Assembly: GCA_002269645.1 (NCBI GenBank)
Contig: NIVC01001523.1
Span: 1 to 64,000, forward strand
DNA: 64,000 nucleotides
Reading direction: 5' to 3'
From: Macrostomum lignano
Taxonomy: Eukaryota
A program made the position numbers and the translations under genes. The notes under the pieces were generated by a model that worked only from the letters and a program-made list of their open reading frames with translations, was not told the DNA's origin and made no database searches. Numbering within the stretch: the first letter of the stretch is position 1; every line of letters starts with the position of its first letter. This document shows, piece by piece, positions 60,921-64,000 of this stretch.

Positions 60921-62817
60921 ATGTCGTCCTCCATGTCTGGCTGGCTCACTTCCTCCAACATCTCTGGACGGGAGGATCTGGTGCACATTGCGAAGCTCGC
61001 CGAGCAGGCTGAGCGATATGACGACATGGCGACTGCCATGAAGGCCGTGACTGAAAAAGGTCAGGAGCTGGGTAATGAGGAGAGAAATCTGCTCTCTGTT
61101 GCCTACAAAAACGTTGTCGGCGCTAGGAGGTCTTCGTGGCGTGTGATCTCTAGCATCGAGAGCAAGACCGAGGGCAGCGAGAGGAAGCAGTCAATGGCTA
61201 AAGAATACCGTCAGAAGATTGAGAGCGAACTGCAGAGGATCTGCAAGGAAGTGTTGGTAAGTCGCTCATCATTTTGAAAGTAAATTGAAATTTATGTAAC
61301 GTTGTTATTATGGCATGGAGCTTGTCGCTTATTGCCATATTGTATAGTACTATCTTATTAATTAATTATTAATTTAAAAAGTTCACAGGTAATATCAATG
61401 ACAATGTTCAGTGACTGATCGATAATATTAGCCCTTTAGCATTAGGGAATTAAAAATACAAATTCTGATAGGTAGGGGCCTAGGCTAGTTCTAGTATCAA
61501 TGCCAATTGCTAATAGTATCATCTAATATGGCAAAATCTATTGCCAGTACTGGTATCAATTAGACATTATGTCTTGTGATTCTTAAATTTAAGATTAGGC
61601 CTAAGACAATTATATTTTAATTTTTGTTACACTTAAGCTATAAGGTAGATATAGTTTATTTAATTTAATAATTCTAGTTGCTCTAAATCTATATTATTCA
61701 TTATTACAATAAAATAATTTTAGTAAGTAGATGCTTCTTAATCTTAGGCTGTTTTATTGTTAAACTATTGATTAAATGATAAAGTAATATATTTGTGATA
61801 AATTTAAAGAAAACATATCTGTATCAATGTTATGGCCTATCATAGCTTCAGTTTTTTTGTTGAGTATATTTTAATGTAATTCTTGCATGCTTAATCAAAT
61901 TCATGAATATTATATAATTAATAAAGTAATCCCATAAATAACTGAATAATTCAAATTAATTTTTTTAAATGTTAGCAAAAATTTGGTTTTGTTGAACTCA
62001 ACTTTCAATGCATGAAGACTGAAATCTGTATAGTAAGGTGCAACATTAAGGATTAAGCTTGAAAATTTGCATGGTTCTATTTGTTTGATCCCATTTTTTG
62101 CTTCTAGTGCATGTTGGTACAATAACGTTTGCTGTGTTATGCCATTTTTTAAACTAACATTTTTAGAGCCTCTTGGATGACTACCTAATTAAGAATGCTC
62201 CCAACTCGGAGTCGAAGGTTTTCTACTTCAAGATGAAGGGCGATTATTTCCGCTACCTAGCCGAGGTGGCCACCGGCGATGAGCGCAAGAACGTTGTCGA
62301 CAGCTCCGAGGGCGCCTACAAGTCCGCCACTGACCACGCCGAAACTGAGCTGGCCACCACCCATCCCATCCGCCTTGGCCTGGCCCTCAATTATTCAGTG
62401 TTCTTCTACGAGATCAAGAACGACCCGGAGCGGGCTTGCCAACTGGCCAAGAAGGTGGGCGATTTGTTTATTTCACGATGGCTTGCTGTAAATTTTACTG
62501 GCCTTTTAAGCACTTGGATGATTTTAAAGTTCTCGTCGCACTTTTTTTATACAGGCCTTCGACAATGCGATTGCGGATCTCGACGATCTGGCCGAAGAGT
62601 CCTACAAGGATTCCACTCTGATAATGCAGTTGCTGAGGGACAATCTGACTGTAAGTATATTAGCAAATTTATTAAATTCTGTCCAATAGATCAATTTCTT
62701 TTCATTTAATAAAATTTATTACACTTTTCTGATTAATTTTTTCTCCAAACCCCTTCAAATTTGCAGCTCTGGACCTCCGAGCAGGGCGGCGACGATGGCG
62801 AACAGCAGGACAACTGA
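60921..62817 (+). CDS. 14-3-3zeta: 14-3-3 protein, non-epsilon (zeta-like), 256 aa; exons 60921-61256, 62167-62454, 62555-62650, 62767-62817
   Basis: [73 protein letters not shown] and [21 protein letters not shown]. Canonical phase-0 introns. Confidence 0.98.
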
Positions 62818-63788
62818 AATTAATTTATTAATAATTAATCATAAATCATACTAAGCGCAAATGTTAAAATGTAGAACAGAAGCAACACCCGCTACACGAA
62901 TCAAACCAGTTTATTCAATTAGTTACTGAAGTATTTGAGACCATTATTGAACACATTCAACACGGACTGGCATATTAATAATAACTAATATATGTATACA
63001 ATTTAATGTAATATACGCGTACTTGTTCTCTGCTAAGCATACAAGACTGACTAAAAGTACTAAATGCTAATCTTAGGCGTTGGTTTTGACCGCAACTGAG
63101 GCGTGTAAATCTTGCTGTGTTTCTTTTTAAAAACAAAGTCTGTCATTGGATTATAGAATAGCATAAATTGCTTCGCGCATTCTGCATATATATTTTTTAC
63201 AAATTCGGTATCTATATTTATAGATCTATATTAGCGTAAATAGTGGATTTCAAAAGAAAGGAGTTTTTTACGCTGAGAGAGATGGTTTTGCACAACAAGT
63301 CAAAGTAAAGAATGGACTTTACTATATATCTAGCCAGGCATAAAATTAGCAAAGAACTAGGCTTGTTATCTGTTGTCCGTGGCTAATATTATTCGTCAAA
63401 TAATCTTTGAGCATCGTATAAAGCTTATTTGAACTACTTTTTTTAGTTGGCGTGCTTTTCAATTTGTCCATCCGTAAGCTTTTCTGTTATCAACTTTATT
63501 AACCCTATATAAACTCGACCTCTCTTTTTTTCGGCCACCCTTTTTCTACTGTCTCGAATCAGTCAAATCTGCGTTTAGGCGAAAGAAAGCTTTGGTTGAG
63601 CTTTAATTATTTGGTTATTATTAGTTAAAAAATCTGCCGTTAGAGTCAATTCTATTCAGGTCAGAAACTAAGTAGTAATGCTAGAATTCGTTAATATATT
63701 TCAGAAACCGTAGTTGGTTTGTTAGTATTTTATATATAACTGTATGTGTAAGCAAAGCACCAAGTTGCATTCAAGTTATTATTATTAT

Positions 63789-63892
63789 TCACAATAGGAA
63801 TTCGGTACGCCTCTGGCGAAACGGTGTTCTAAGATCTGTCGCTTTGTACTCAGTCTGCAGCGTCGTCAGTCTGTCCTTTTTGGCTTTTTGAG
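63789..63892 (-). CDS. Possible last coding exon of an unidentified gene entering from the right edge (xQKAKKDRLTTLQTEYKATDLRTPFRQRRTEFLL*)
   Basis: GC-richer open frame after ttatttttattgatcaag|, ending in TGA. No family recognised. Confidence 0.35.
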
Positions 63893-64000
63893 CTTGATCA
63901 ATAAAAATAAGCTTTCTTATCCAATTCAACACACCCAAATATATATTTGGCCTTGCTGCGCTTGACTTCAATCAATTACTAATTTCTGCTTTGAAAGCAT

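Overview
Eukaryotic (metazoan) genomic DNA with GT-AG introns and a very high density of distinct mini/microsatellites. The overall style suggests a free-living flatworm such as Macrostomum, but that is inference only. Six genes, all on the + strand, can be rebuilt by hand: the 3' half of a PEPT1/2-type peptide transporter (SLC15), ERICH2, FAM227A, a KCTD (BTB/T1) protein, a Cys-less (Pro-loop) pentameric ligand-gated ion channel, and a zeta-type 14-3-3. Most long ORFs in the supplied track are artefacts of tandem repeats. Mobile DNA includes tRNA-derived SINEs, two related PIF/Harbinger MITEs, a hAT element with an 8-bp TSD and a nested MITE, and a 248-bp TG...CA solo-LTR-like insert with a 5-bp TSD. 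That insert carries three perfect heat-shock elements plus a TATA-like box and lies 2.2 kb upstream of the Cys-less channel. It is the most striking signal: a candidate heat-responsive (ONSEN-like) LTR element, possibly acting as an inducible promoter. Exon coordinates were counted by hand and repeat boundaries are approximate.
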